Positions 41,156-53,700 of a stretch of 64,000 nucleotides of DNA are shown here, one piece after another. The notes below the pieces were generated by a model, which did not search any database, was not told where the DNA came from, and saw nothing but the letters and a program-made list of their open reading frames with translations. Each line of letters starts with the position of its first letter. Position 1 is the stretch's first letter. Made by a program: the position numbers and the translations under genes. This stretch comes from Styela clava (lineage: Eukaryota): assembly GCF_964204865.1 (NCBI RefSeq), contig NC_135258.1, positions 14,074,001 through 14,138,000 of the forward strand, read 5' to 3'.

Positions 41156-41356
41156 CAACGTTCCCTCTAAGAGCTTGCTTAGTTGCGCGAAACAGAAGGC
41201 CATGTGAGCTCCAAAGAAAAGGTCTGCGCGGAAAATTAGAAAAAATAGAAAAGAACACAACATTTTAAACGAACAATGAATTGTCAATACTTATGCAGTG
41301 CGCGGCAGAACAAAAGTACTGCGCGAGGATTCTCGGCCAGTTTAGAGGGAACGTTG
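41156..41356. mobile_element. 201-bp hAT MITE
   Basis: 15-bp TIRs CAACGTTCCCTCTAA/TTAGAGGGAACGTTG and a perfect 8-bp TSD GTTGTGAC. Confidence 0.92.
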
Positions 41357-41499
41357 GTTGTGACATATTTTGCTTGTTTTTAAAACTTCTCATTTATCTC
41401 ATTATTTACGTTCTATCCACCTATTTTCAACGTTTTTTGAATAACATACTCTCGCCTTACTATCTGTATTTGTAGCTTATTGTTGGCTAGTTATTTTTG

Positions 41500-41560
41500 A
41501 GGTGGGGCGCGAGACAAATTCTAAAAACGGGGCGCGGATTGAAAAGTTTGAGAACAACTG
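41500..41560. mobile_element. Orphan hAT MITE right end
   Basis: GGGGCGCG subterminal repeats followed by AAAGTTTGAGAACAACTG, a TIR-like end. No matching left end found. Confidence 0.45.
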
Positions 41561-42795
41561 ATCTAATGTAATAGTGCTGGATAATGAACAGAAAAGCAAA
41601 GAGAGTTTACATCCGTATTTATAAATAAGAACCACTCACAGGTACACGAGGGTAGTTTATTTATCGCGTTCACATACCAATTATTATGTAGTATAAAATA
41701 TTGTGGAAATAAGTAACTCAAAACCTATAATCTGAAGTGAATCAAATATCAAGAAGGGGGATTTTTAAGTCTGTGTCACATATTTTAAAACTAACCAAAA
41801 GTTTATTCATTTTATTTTAGTCTATCATATACCCTCGGGTTGGGATTTCCAACATATAGTCCGAATATGAGATTAAATACTTTTTTGTTTCAAAGTCCAG
41901 AATTGGTATCAGTATATTTTATTTATCTATATACTTAACAAATCGTGACTGGATAATTGCTGATGTAAAGTTAAGGTGATTTTACACTACGATAGTACTA
42001 TGCCGGGAAATAAAACAAACGAGCACACTAAATTAACCCAAGGTTATTTTGCTTTCGACGGAATGGCTTCCGCCACATAGAATTTTGCAAAGAACAAAAC
42101 TCTCTAGCTCCATGACGTAGATTATTATTATACATTTCTAATATTTCGTGTAATCCAAGACGGCAGGCGTCGCGTCAATGTCCATTTTACATGAAGACAT
42201 TATTTAAGCCTACACCACAAAATTACAATGATATATATATATAGTTATTGAGAAACTACGTATAGTACACTACGTAAACTTAGTACGCGTAACTACCGAA
42301 AGAATCGCGTATAATTGATAATATCAAATATCTAAAACAACCTTGATTTGCGAAGAGATTCTACCAAAATGACAAAGAATAGACTTATGGTAGTTATCAT
42401 TGGTTTATTCCAACGACTGGACAAACAATTTTGCAAATAGGAAAAAACGTTACCAAGTAAAACACAAACTGTAACAAGACATAACCCTATTTACATAACT
42501 ATATATTTTTCTCATACCTGGGGATTTTAAATGAATAGATCTTGATAGATTAAAATTTATAATGGTTAGGTCAGATTTATTCTGTAACATTTTTATAATT
42601 ACAGCTTCAATCTTCATATTTTTATGTTCTTATCTGCTCGATATATACACTCATCAATATTAAATATACTCGACAGTAAAGTCCACCTCATATTTATCTC
42701 TGTGTTGTCTGATATTTAATAAAACTCATGATTTGTTCCTAGTCTTATGGTAGTCATTGCATTCAATCGTGCATTCCAGGACAAGTTTATAATTG

Positions 42796-45700
42796 TTACA
42801 TCACTACCCAAATTGCAAGAAATGTAATATATGAATATAATAAAAAATTCCTGTATACGGCATTATGTATTGATCCATTGCAGAAGTCTTTGCTGCAGCA
42901 TTTAAAGTTTGTTTCTTTTCTGTTGGCAATGTTTCTGCAATCCATACTTTTCATGCAATCCATTTTTACCTAAGCGTGATTAAAAGATGAATTTATTCGT
43001 TCATTTTTAATATAGAAAAGCCCTCGGAATCAATTATTAAGTTTTACCTAAAAAGTTATTTTCATCATGCAAATCAAGAAAACGACTCATGTGCTTCATA
43101 GACAGATTTACAGATTAGCCCAAAAAGAATGATACCTAAAAATGGAACATATACAATTTTCAAGGCAATATGGCAATATTAGTTACTTGGATGACAAGTT
43201 TAGTCCTTGAGCACGTGAAGTATAATTTAATAATAATTTTATTTTGACCTGCTTCTTTACATTGTATTACTTTTATACTCATTAAAAAAACTAAAATTCC
43301 ATGAAAACCTACCATATTGTCCTCCTTATATTTTGCACATGACCAAGAATCACTTTGTCTGAATGTGTCAGACGTATCAGAGTATGAATTGGTCTGAGAA
43401 CAGATTTTGTACTGATTGAGTGCAATACATTCTTCCTCTGTAGACCTCCCTCCGCATACCACGCAACGTAGTTTTGAGTTTGGATAAACAAATCGTCTTT
43501 TACTCTGCAATGTAAGAAAATCCTTCTAGTAAAGTCCTATTAAATACCAACTATTACATTTTCAAACCATACTGTGGGGTCCTAAAAGTCGGGGGCTTAT
43601 TTCATGTGTATATTCATTAGGTGGCATTAACACATATCGTTTTAAACACCTAAAAATAATTTTAGGAACGTAACCTCGCATATGTGAATTCGTGTGTATG
43701 TGACAGTGGTTCGGTGTGTGATATGCAAACACAGCCTCTTTGAAACGTGAATCTGTGTGAACGTATCTCATGCTAATCCACTGTATCTAAATATTGTATA
43801 TACAGAGTGTCTCATCATAGAGCGCTCATTTCCTCAGGCAACATAGTGTGGATACCTAGTAATATTTAGGTATTGTTTGCATTTTTCAACAACCCACAGA
43901 ATGATTAACCCAAAAAATGAGGAGCAAAATTGCTGATTGGCAAGAAGCTTGCGAATCAGTAAAGCAAACTTAGCGCCTCTTCAACAAAGAATTTGGAATT
44001 TATTCAACTTTGAATATTTTTCTCAGAGCGTCCGCTCCTAGGTCTTCCTGATCTTTGTGCATCAACTACAGATCCAGATTCCATGAATTTTTGATGAATT
44101 GCGTAACTCTTCGTCGTAAAAAGGCCGAATGCCGCCTTACTGTTTTATATGCTTCTTGCCAAACAGCAATTTTTCACTTAATTGTTTGGGTTAATCTCCT
44201 TGACATTCTGTGGGTTGTTGAAAAATGCAAACAGTACCTAAATTTTACTAGTTATCCATACTATGTTTCCGGAAAAAAAGAACACTCTATGATGAGTACC
44301 GGAAAAGCGAATTAAAATTAAAAGTGTTTACAGAACATTTGCAATAGAATAAAACAAATGTCTGGATAATTGTATCTACTTTTAGACTTAGGGTTCGGTT
44401 TGACTGGTATTGAGAAGGAGTTTGCAGTAATTTTGATTGACAAGAATTGCAAAACAATGACATCATTTCTTTATTACCTCAGTGAGAATGAAGGGTAGTC
44501 AATAAATGTCAACTATTGCCCGTCGTATCTAAATTAAAAAATAACTGGTCGAATAAAATGAATTCAATAATTAAATTTCGATTACTTACTTTAGTGCTAA
44601 GCAATGGAGTTAAAGTATGTGCGTAATTTGTTGGTCTGACTCCTCCAATATCTAAAGGCTTGATGTTCCTCGAAAACGTTGTGTTGCCAGCCCAGTTGAG
44701 TGCGACACATAATTTGTTTCTACAAACTGGTGCATCTCCAGGACAAGCACTTAAATTTAAAAACATAAATTGGTAAATGTACGCTGAATAGAAATAAGGC
44801 ATTATAACCTAATTTGTTTTTGACGAACAAATGACAAATTGCGGAAGTGGCGAACAGTAGCAGTAGATAATATTTAAGGGCATACATAATATTAGAATGA
44901 GAAATGTAAATCCACCCAAACCATTCTAATGCCTATATATGATTTTGTGTTTGTCATTATTTCATAAAGATATTAGCTATACCGGCCATGACATTAAATA
45001 ATACGAAGTAGACGATGACGATCAAAGTTACGCTCACAATAAGTTTTGACAAACAAGTGGTTTCAAGCTGTGACCGCATGGCAACAATAATATACAAAAG
45101 CGTGTAACGTTGTAGTTAGATTCTGACATTTTTCTGAAAACACTTATCTCATAAAAAGATAGCATGCAGTAAGGATTGAAGATTCTCGTTGGATGCGTTT
45201 GCTCAAAGATCTCAGTATTGAACATGTTTCAATTGTTTGTATGAGAGATATAAACCTGTCATTATCTCTGCAGTTCAAATATTCTACCAACAATTTAGGC
45301 AACAGTACCAATTCGTTGGCGTAGTTACCGAATTAGCTTCGATCGAGTCGTGTGTCAGCAGTCGACACAAGATAATTGAATTAGCGTCATTTCAGCCCTC
45401 AGTAAGCTAATAAAACCTTGTCTACAAGCTTTGTATGAGGAAGAAATTGATCGTGTACCAGAAATTTCCTTCTAGTCAATCCGGAAAATTTAATAAAAAT
45501 CCTTCATTATTTCGTTATCTTTAATTCAAGTTTTTATTCGTGGAGGAAACGGCAGGTACCTGCACCAATTTCCATACTGGTATGGGCGTCGAGGTTTTCT
45601 GGAAAACAAAGGCTTCACGTTCCCTGCTGGTCCGTATTTGCAGACGACCATGCTTGGTCTAAAATAAATATCTGATCCAACTCGAACATTATTTTTGCAT

Positions 45701-47128
45701 TTCGTCTTTCCACATCCAATCGCATGTGTGGTATCCCAAACTAACTGAGAATAAAGTATCAATATTGAAGTGCAATAAAGATAGTACTTGGTAAATGATA
45801 AAGTACTTGCAATGAAAAATGTAAATATATTTGTTTGTATTTTTTCTGACATCGGCATATATATTAAATGGAATCTAATAAAGACGATATATTTTAATTT
45901 TCAATATTATTTCAAATGTTGTCGAAATTTAAAAGTTTAACTATATAATCCAATGTGTAACATTTGAAAGAAAATTCTATTCAGTTATGGATTGACAATT
46001 CTGGCGCTTGTGGATGGATATAAAGTTTGAAATTTTGCATATACCCATATCTACTTTATCTGTAATACTTAGACGTATGTCATAATGTATTTCTCACTTC
46101 TTTTTATTTTGATGCAATTCGTACCTGTGTGTAACGTCCACATATTTTATTGGGGAAGCAAAAATTGGTTGAGTAATCATAATTGTTTCGTTCTCTGAAC
46201 CAATCCGCCACTGCCATGGTAACATCTTAATAAATAAAATAAATATTAATATTATTTATTCAGTTTTGCATATCAAATATAGTATCAACCAAAAATACGC
46301 TCCGTAATCACAGACGCGCTTGTGTGTTACAGTATAATATGCTTATTTATAGATTTAAACTAACTGTAGAACAATTTCAGTTCGAAACATCGTCATACAC
46401 CTTCACAATAAAAAAATATGATTCATGAACATTATTATTCACGGAGAAATATATACAATCGCTTACTTCTTAGCTCTTGATTAGTGATGAATATGTTTTC
46501 TCCGATAAGCCCATAGGGTTCAAAATTGTATCGGTTGCTCGGCGCATAAATACACTTATCAACGTATGATTGAGCTTGATCAGCCAGATCTGGGTCCCAA
46601 CTGAGCATCCGTAGATTTGATCCATTTGGTGACACCTGTATAAACATGCCAGAATATTTTGAATGTCGATGCTTGCGATTACAAGCTGTGATATATATAT
46701 TATATTATGATGAACGATTATGGCGATGTGGATATTTTATTTACTATTTATTTTATTTTTATTCAGTATCTGAAATAGTCCTGGTAATTTGCACTTGCAT
46801 GTAAATTTCCAACACCTCGGCAAGGATAAACTGACAAAACTTTAATGAAGTATGCTTCGAAGCATTTGAGAATAGCATTATTAGATCTACAACAATAGTT
46901 ATACGTAAGTAACAAGATAGTAGGAATAGCCTATATGACTTTGTCTTTCTTAATCCCTCCAAACCACTTTCGAAAACAATATACCTTTGTCCGATAGTAA
47001 TTGTGCACCCTGAGCATATTGACTACTTCATCTTTTATAATCTGGCTGGATGAGATATCGACCGAATATACTAATATTAAAAAAATATTAAATACTTTAA
47101 ACTTAGAAATTGCACAAATACGTTTCAT
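42796..47128 (-). CDS. Gene B: CAP (CRISP/GLIPR-like) domain fused to a Ly6/uPAR three-finger domain, with GPI-type signal, 374 aa
   Basis: 7 in-frame GT-AG exons (1125 nt): 46985-47128 (signal, HNYYR); 46467-46635 (NLRMLSWDPDLA..GENIF); 46125-46225 (WFRE..CGRYTQ); 45560-45744 (LVWDTTHAIGCG..VCKYGPAGN..PY..G.WC); 44590-44749 (hinge SACP..C.NKLC); 43313-43504 and 42796-42969 (LRCVVC..C..C..C..C..C..CCSKDFCN, then GS and hydrophobic FLLYSYITFLAIWVVM*). Confidence 0.88.
43803..44297. mobile_element. Foldback MITE with about 150-bp imperfect inverted arms in gene B intron 5
   Basis: CTCATCATAGAG..TAGGTATTGTTTGCATTTTTCAACAACCCACAGAATG..TTGGCAAGAAGC is mirrored by GCTTCTTGCCAA..CATTCTGTGGGTTGTTGAAAAATGCAAACAGTACCTA..CTCTATGATGAG. 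The left end TA|CAG is Tc1/mariner-like. Confidence 0.8.
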
Positions 47129-47565
47129 GCCGTCTTCTCTATTAGTTAAATAGCTTTATCAACCCAAAGAAACGACGTATGGAAGTTCATTCCGCTAACG
47201 TTCGCTCGATAAACTAATGACGTGTGATCCCTTTTTCTGCATCACAGACAATTTAAAATAAAATAAAACAAAAAAGCTTTAAAATGGCCAGATTAAAATG
47301 TATGGTTTGACCAAATGTTGTATATGTCACAAAATAAATCTTGATCGATTACGGGATATTTAGTTGTCGTTTATTTGTTAAATTTAAGTCGCGAAAATTT
47401 ATGAAATATCATCAGATTTTCTGCATAATTGAGTACGGATATACCAAAACAACGACTTCACTCTCATATGCCACAAGAAGCGCTAAAGAGCAAGTAACAA
47501 AACAGGTATGTACGGAAAAGCGTGCGCGGTAAATATTAGCATTTAGTGTCTTAATGTTTTTCTTA

Positions 47566-47804
47566 TTGGACACGTAGTGGACATAACGATCGTTTCAATA
47601 TTATGTTGTTGTTGTTGTTCTTTGACACGTTTTTAAAAAGTCGCTTTTCTCTTCGAATACTGGACCAATTGCTTTGAAATTTTCAGTGGTTAAAGATAAA
47701 ATTTTTCTCCAGAAGGCTATAACTTTTTTTTCGCTATGACATCATCAAAATTATTGCCATTGGGTGGCGCTACGTGTCCATATATTTGAGCATAGCTCTC
47801 TTGT
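47566..47804 (-). mobile_element. Interspersed repeat, possibly a Helentron-type non-autonomous element
   Basis: Close reverse complement of 53202-53443. GGACACG/CGTGTCC subterminal inverted motifs and an AAC microsatellite. Confidence 0.65.
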
Positions 47805-50756
47805 ATTTATATTATCTGGACTACCTGGTTACAAGATGGTTTACATAACCCCTGGTTGGTTCTGGCTTCCTCCGGCATTCAAGTCGATTCTTTCGTACTG
47901 GTAAATGTATATAGGCCTACCTCTAACTCTCACCTAGGGTGCCACTGAACTCTTCTCAGTTTTCTGCTCTGTATTTCTACGAGAGTCGTACAGGAGTTGA
48001 GTTTTGTAGCGCAGTCGGAGTTTGGCGTATTTCGTGTTAGCTGCTGGTGTTTGTCACGCGCGGGAACTTTTACAAGACAATTAAATTCTGTATTTAATCA
48101 GTTTAAATGTACTCATTGCAAACTACGGGCACAATCAACGCTGAATTTTCTTGATGTTACTTTAATGTTATCGTTCCAACTGTATTTTGTGGTGTTGCAG
48201 TACATTTTTAGTTCAGTATACATTCATCAAATGGTTTACGAGATCTATGGCAACAAGTATTGTTTAGTTCATATTTGTTGGTCCATGTATATATTGAAAG
48301 AGTTTTTATAAAATATATAATCATTAATATTACTGTTCGTTGTTTGATTTCTCGTGCTACTCCTGGTAGTTTGCATTTGCGTTGTTTTGATTTGGTTTTA
48401 TAGCCAGCATGTTGTAGTGCAGTATTTTGCTTAGAATTATATTGAATTTTAAATAGTTACGATAAGTAAACAGTTGTTCGTAACTATTCAAAGGAAATGG
48501 AAATCGAAAAAAAAAACATCAGATTTAAAAACGGCAACTATAGACAGACTGGGAAAGCAGGTATGTTACAATGGTGGTTACAAAGAAATTTGTGGAATTA
48601 CATCAATCACTGATAACAAATTTTACAAAATCATTTCATCATATATTCCAGACTTAATCAGTTTTGGTCAGGCACATATAGCGTGGAGTTTTCGGAAAAT
48701 TTCGAATCTATCTGCTTTGTTGAATGGAACAGATTTTTCCAAGACAAATTTGAAGATGACGTAAATTTATACTCAGCAGTTGCTTCTTCCTATACATAGG
48801 AAAATATGACATGTTTTTCGCGGGGATGTCGCATGGTCCGTCTTGTCGTAGAGATATATATATGTATGAAACAGTAGAAAGTTTTTTCCGATCTTCCTGT
48901 TCTTCTCATATTACGTCTCAAATTCAGAAATTAGGACTTCAAAAATGACCGCCTCGCAAATGGTTTTGCTGACATACTCTTTCTCATCGCCTGTAACATG
49001 TTATCAGTTTTCGTAGTTTAATCATCTCATTACAGGTATTTATTGTTCGTGATCTAACACAGGCGCTTTTCCATCTTTCCTGGAAAAGAATCTCAGTCGA
49101 AAACCTATGAACTTCATACGTCATCGAGTTTGCGGTATACTGTTGAATCGAACTATGATGTTAATAATGTACTTTATGTCTCACTAAAATTTGATCATGT
49201 ATTCACCAAACCACGGGTTGTTTTTGTCTGGATGGCGTGTATGTCATTAAACACGTTTATGGTGAAATCACCGAAGTCGCATTAAAAACACAAAATGTCA
49301 AAATAGGTTGAAAGGCTGAATATGTTCAGTTGGTTCTGAAAACTCTTTTGGCATAATCTGTTTTGAAATCATTAAATAAATAAAAATATTTTTTTCACTT
49401 ATTCGATAATCGGGCTCTTTCTTTTAAAAACGTTTTGCTTATTGAATTTATCCCAAAAAATCACATTCTAAATTTACACATGATGATTATGTTCAGAAAA
49501 TATACTTGATTCGTATTTTCATCTAGTTATAAATATAGGCGATTCGTATTGTCAGCGTTATGTCATAGCTGCTTTATTTTTCGTAATGTTATGTCTGTAT
49601 TTGTGAAAATTGACTTGGTGGTCATGGCAATATTACGATAAATTCTGGAGTTTCTAGAAAACAACACGGGATTCGAAAGTATGACGAATCACACATATCA
49701 CAGTTAGGAATAATAACATGAATGACATTGGACATTTTGACAACGTATTCCCGAATACTTCGGGTGTTCATGAAGCTTGCGCTCTGAAATTATCTATATT
49801 TATTTTCATATTTTGTCGTGTGGTATAGTTCTCAAGCTAATAATCGCCTCTACTTAGTTTGTTCGTGTTTTTTATCAATGTTTACGAGTTTGCGGTGAAA
49901 CTTGTATTGAATAACGGTTTTACCTGGTAAAGCGAAGTCTAAGATTTCTCGTGTGCCTAATCCGTATTATATGCGAAATTGTGTATAAAGTTTTCTGAGG
50001 AATGTAAATACAGGACAGCAAAACCGCCCCGGAATAGAGATAATGTCAAGATAACGATCACCGTTTTTGGTATTTTGTACGACAAATATTGACGCTATAT
50101 AATACTCGTTTAAAAGTCGTTATACTATACATGACACCATAATTGCGAAATTTGCATTCATATTAGTACACGTAAAGCGGTGTAAGATTATCGACTCCCA
50201 AACAAAACAAATAACTAGATGAATCGACGGCTAAAACAAAAGTCGAAATCACTAACAATTGTTTACGGATTATTCCAACGCACTCCATCTGAATAACAGA
50301 CTATTATCAGCAAAAAAACTTACATAGTTCATAAAATGGTATAATCTATAGACATATTCGTCACGTCTATTTGTAAAAATTTCCTCACGATTGACGAAGA
50401 AAGCGTAATGTTAATATTATTAAAGAATCCCTTTTTCGCATATATATCGCTAATCATTGATGAAAATTAAATTCAGTTTTACATTAGAGGTAACGATATA
50501 TGTATTCAACCCATAATACTGGTTTGACGTCATTTTAATTTATGTATTGAAACAAAAATAAAATAATAACTATGAAAGAAAATAATAATATCAATAACAA
50601 CAATAATATTGGTAATATAATTCCAATGACTACACAGTTGCGATATTGAAAAAATAAAGTAATATCCGACAAAAATTGTCTGACGGATTAAATCTAAATA
50701 TAATTCTAAATCACTGAAATTTGAATTTTTCGTTAAGATCCATTTGCTTCTGCCTT

Positions 50757-53700
50757 TTATATGCAACTTGCTTTCTTCTTTGATAACGCCAAGCACGAAG
50801 ACTTGCATTTCTTTCGCAAGCACGGATTTGGAAGACGTTCTAAATAAAAATAAAATAGTTATATAAAATATTATAAATGAGGCATATGAAGGTGGCATAG
50901 GTAAAATAGTTGCGATTTTATTATATTAAAATCTTTTGCATGTCACGCCATATTACTTGATACATACCACACTCTCTGTTAGGTCATGAATCAACTGACT
51001 TTCAAACGTGTATATGTATTATAATACATATCATGTTTTAGGGAAATATAGCCTATAATGTGTTATATATACTCACTGATATATTTTCTGGTAAATGATC
51101 TACTGTAGACAGACAAGCTGGACGCTTTAAAGAAAACTGAAGGCCCAAAGTTGACCAAAGCCTTTGGCCCAGTCGCGCCAAGTTTGTATCGCAAAAGATG
51201 TAATTTCCTTTCATCAGAAATATAAGCGAATCCTCTATGAACTTTCAATCTAAAATTTGAAAAGTTATATTGTAACTTCTAATACAATGTACCATTATAT
51301 TCATGTAAAAGATAAAAAAAAAAATTACTTTGTCAAAAAGTATTTCTCTGAATATAAATAGTCCATGAGGTCGTTCCGTTTGTATTTTTTAAGTGGAACT
51401 GGTGCAATGAGTTTCATCAAAGGAATTTCGTATATAGAACCGTCTTTGGAATCCATCACGTATAGCTTGTTTCCTAAACAAAAAAGTGTTATTTGTATGC
51501 GGTCTTGTACTAATTCTGAAGGTAAATCCGATTATAATAAACATAAAAATATTCGTACTTTCATAATCGATGTCGATTCCATATGGTAAGTTAAGATTAT
51601 CGAGCACAACTTGCTTTCCACTTCCATCAAATCTGCAGCGAATTACTTTACCTGATCCCTGTTCTCCCATGGTGTCGGTCCAGTAAATCATTCTGAAAAA
51701 AACTAAATGTTTATCTTAAGGAACAAAGCCCTATATTTTTTTATATTTTTGCATAATTCGAAATATTACATTTGTAACTGACATATTTTCATTGTTTATG
51801 ATTATTGAATTACAATGAATTACACTTTCTATGAAATAATTGTGCTATCTGTATATATACCGGTATATGAAATTTGCTATTGGAAAAGATGTTTTAAATA
51901 TACATTAAAAACATTGTGACGTACTTTTGTTTGGAATCTACCGCAAGCGCTTTCACGTCTGAGTTCGTTTCTTTATTTTCAACGATAACTTTTTTGTTTT
52001 TCCCATATCTATTCATAAAGGCAATATCGTTGTTCTCATTAACATAAAAGATGTCTTTTGTGACAGGATCCAACTTTATATCTTTCACTGTAAATCAGAG
52101 AAATAAATCCGTAGAAGTTTAGAATCGGAAAAAAACATATAAAACGATTCAAGAAAATTCATGCAATAGCCTACTTACCTTTTCCCGTTACTGAAGATCC
52201 TAGAGGTTTAGCATCTTTATTAAGTAACGCAAATCTAACTCTTCCCATTTTGAAGTCCGATGTATCAGAATCATACATATAAACCGTGCCGGTGGAAACA
52301 TCTGTGGTCATGGTGCTGATATGGTTTGTTTTACCTAAAAATTGAAAAAAATATGTCAAAAAAACTATTTTTTTTGGATAAAATATTATTAAAGCAAGGT
52401 ATAAAATAGAACACTTCAACTCACCGAAATGAACAACACTGAACTCTCCTTTTGAAGATAAAGGAATCTGATATACTTCACCCGAGGCATCGTCGAGTGC
52501 CAGCAAATATTCATCATTGACAATATCTGAAAGCAGTTTGTAAAATCGTCAGCGCCTCGAATAACAATTTTAATACATTTTTCGCCTTCAGCCTTTGGCG
52601 CATGTTTATCAAGACCAATATAGAGAAACTAATCCACAAATACAGCTGTGTATGTTATGTGTCAAAACAACACAAAATAAACAAGAAAGGCAGCTCTTCT
52701 GTTGTTGAACTAGGAAATAAGTATTGACTTACTTGGAACACATTTTCCAGTTTTCGGTTGCAATTTATAACCTGGAGAACACACGCATTTGAAACCTTTT
52801 TGATTTGGAAGACAAATGCCACCACACGTTTTCTCGCATATGTTCGATTCCAAAGTTCCTGAAACAATAGACGCCATACAAATTTATATGAAGAATTTTA
52901 ATTAAATAAAATAACAATTTAATTAAAACAAAGGTGCGTTTCTCGTAATCATAGACACGAAGGCTAAATCGAAGTATAACGGACATGCAATCTGTCACAG
53001 TAGACTACCGAAACCGTCACAAGGCGCCTTAAATTCCTTAATGACGTCATTACACACAAAAAACGAATTTCATAGAAATTTTTGAAATAAATAAATATAA
53101 TAGCCATCTAACGAAAAATACAATCTCTAACCACTAAAAATGCCAAAGCAATTGGTCCAGTACTTGATGAGAAAAGAGATTTTTTCATAACAATACGAAG
53201 AACAAGTGAGCTATGCTCAAATATATGGACACGTAGCGCCACCCAATGGCAATAATTTTGATGACGTCATAGCGAAAAAAAAGTAATAGCCTTCTGGAGA
53301 AAAATTTTGTCTTTAACCACTGAAAATTTCAAAGCAATTGGTCCAGTATTCGAAAAAAAAGCGATTTTTTTAAAAATGGAGACAAATAATAACAATAACA
53401 ACATAATATTGAAACGATCGTTATGTCCACTAAACGTGTCCAAAAATACCAACAAGAACAACGACAACATAATAACAAAACTTTCCAAATGTACATTTCG
53501 TGTCCAAAAATTGGTTGACGTATATCATTAATGTCCGCGTGCGGTTTGGATACGACTGTCACAATATAATTCTGTCTGAAAAGTAGTTGCTATGGTATAC
53601 GTATTCAATTTGTATGTAGGCCTGCCTGCATACCTTCTAGTAATTATTCATGCATGGCAAGCTCCGAACTAACAATTACAAACGTAAGTTATAGATTTTA

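Noticed and set aside
50530-50898. 122-aa hydrophobic ORF that might supply a TM segment to gene C
   Set aside because: It is in a different frame from the spliced EGF exon, and the hydrophobicity reflects AT-rich 3' UTR sequence.
16559-51692. Paralogous exon 14 copies lie exactly 35,000 bp apart
   Set aside because: Other exon pairs have different offsets, so this is coincidence.
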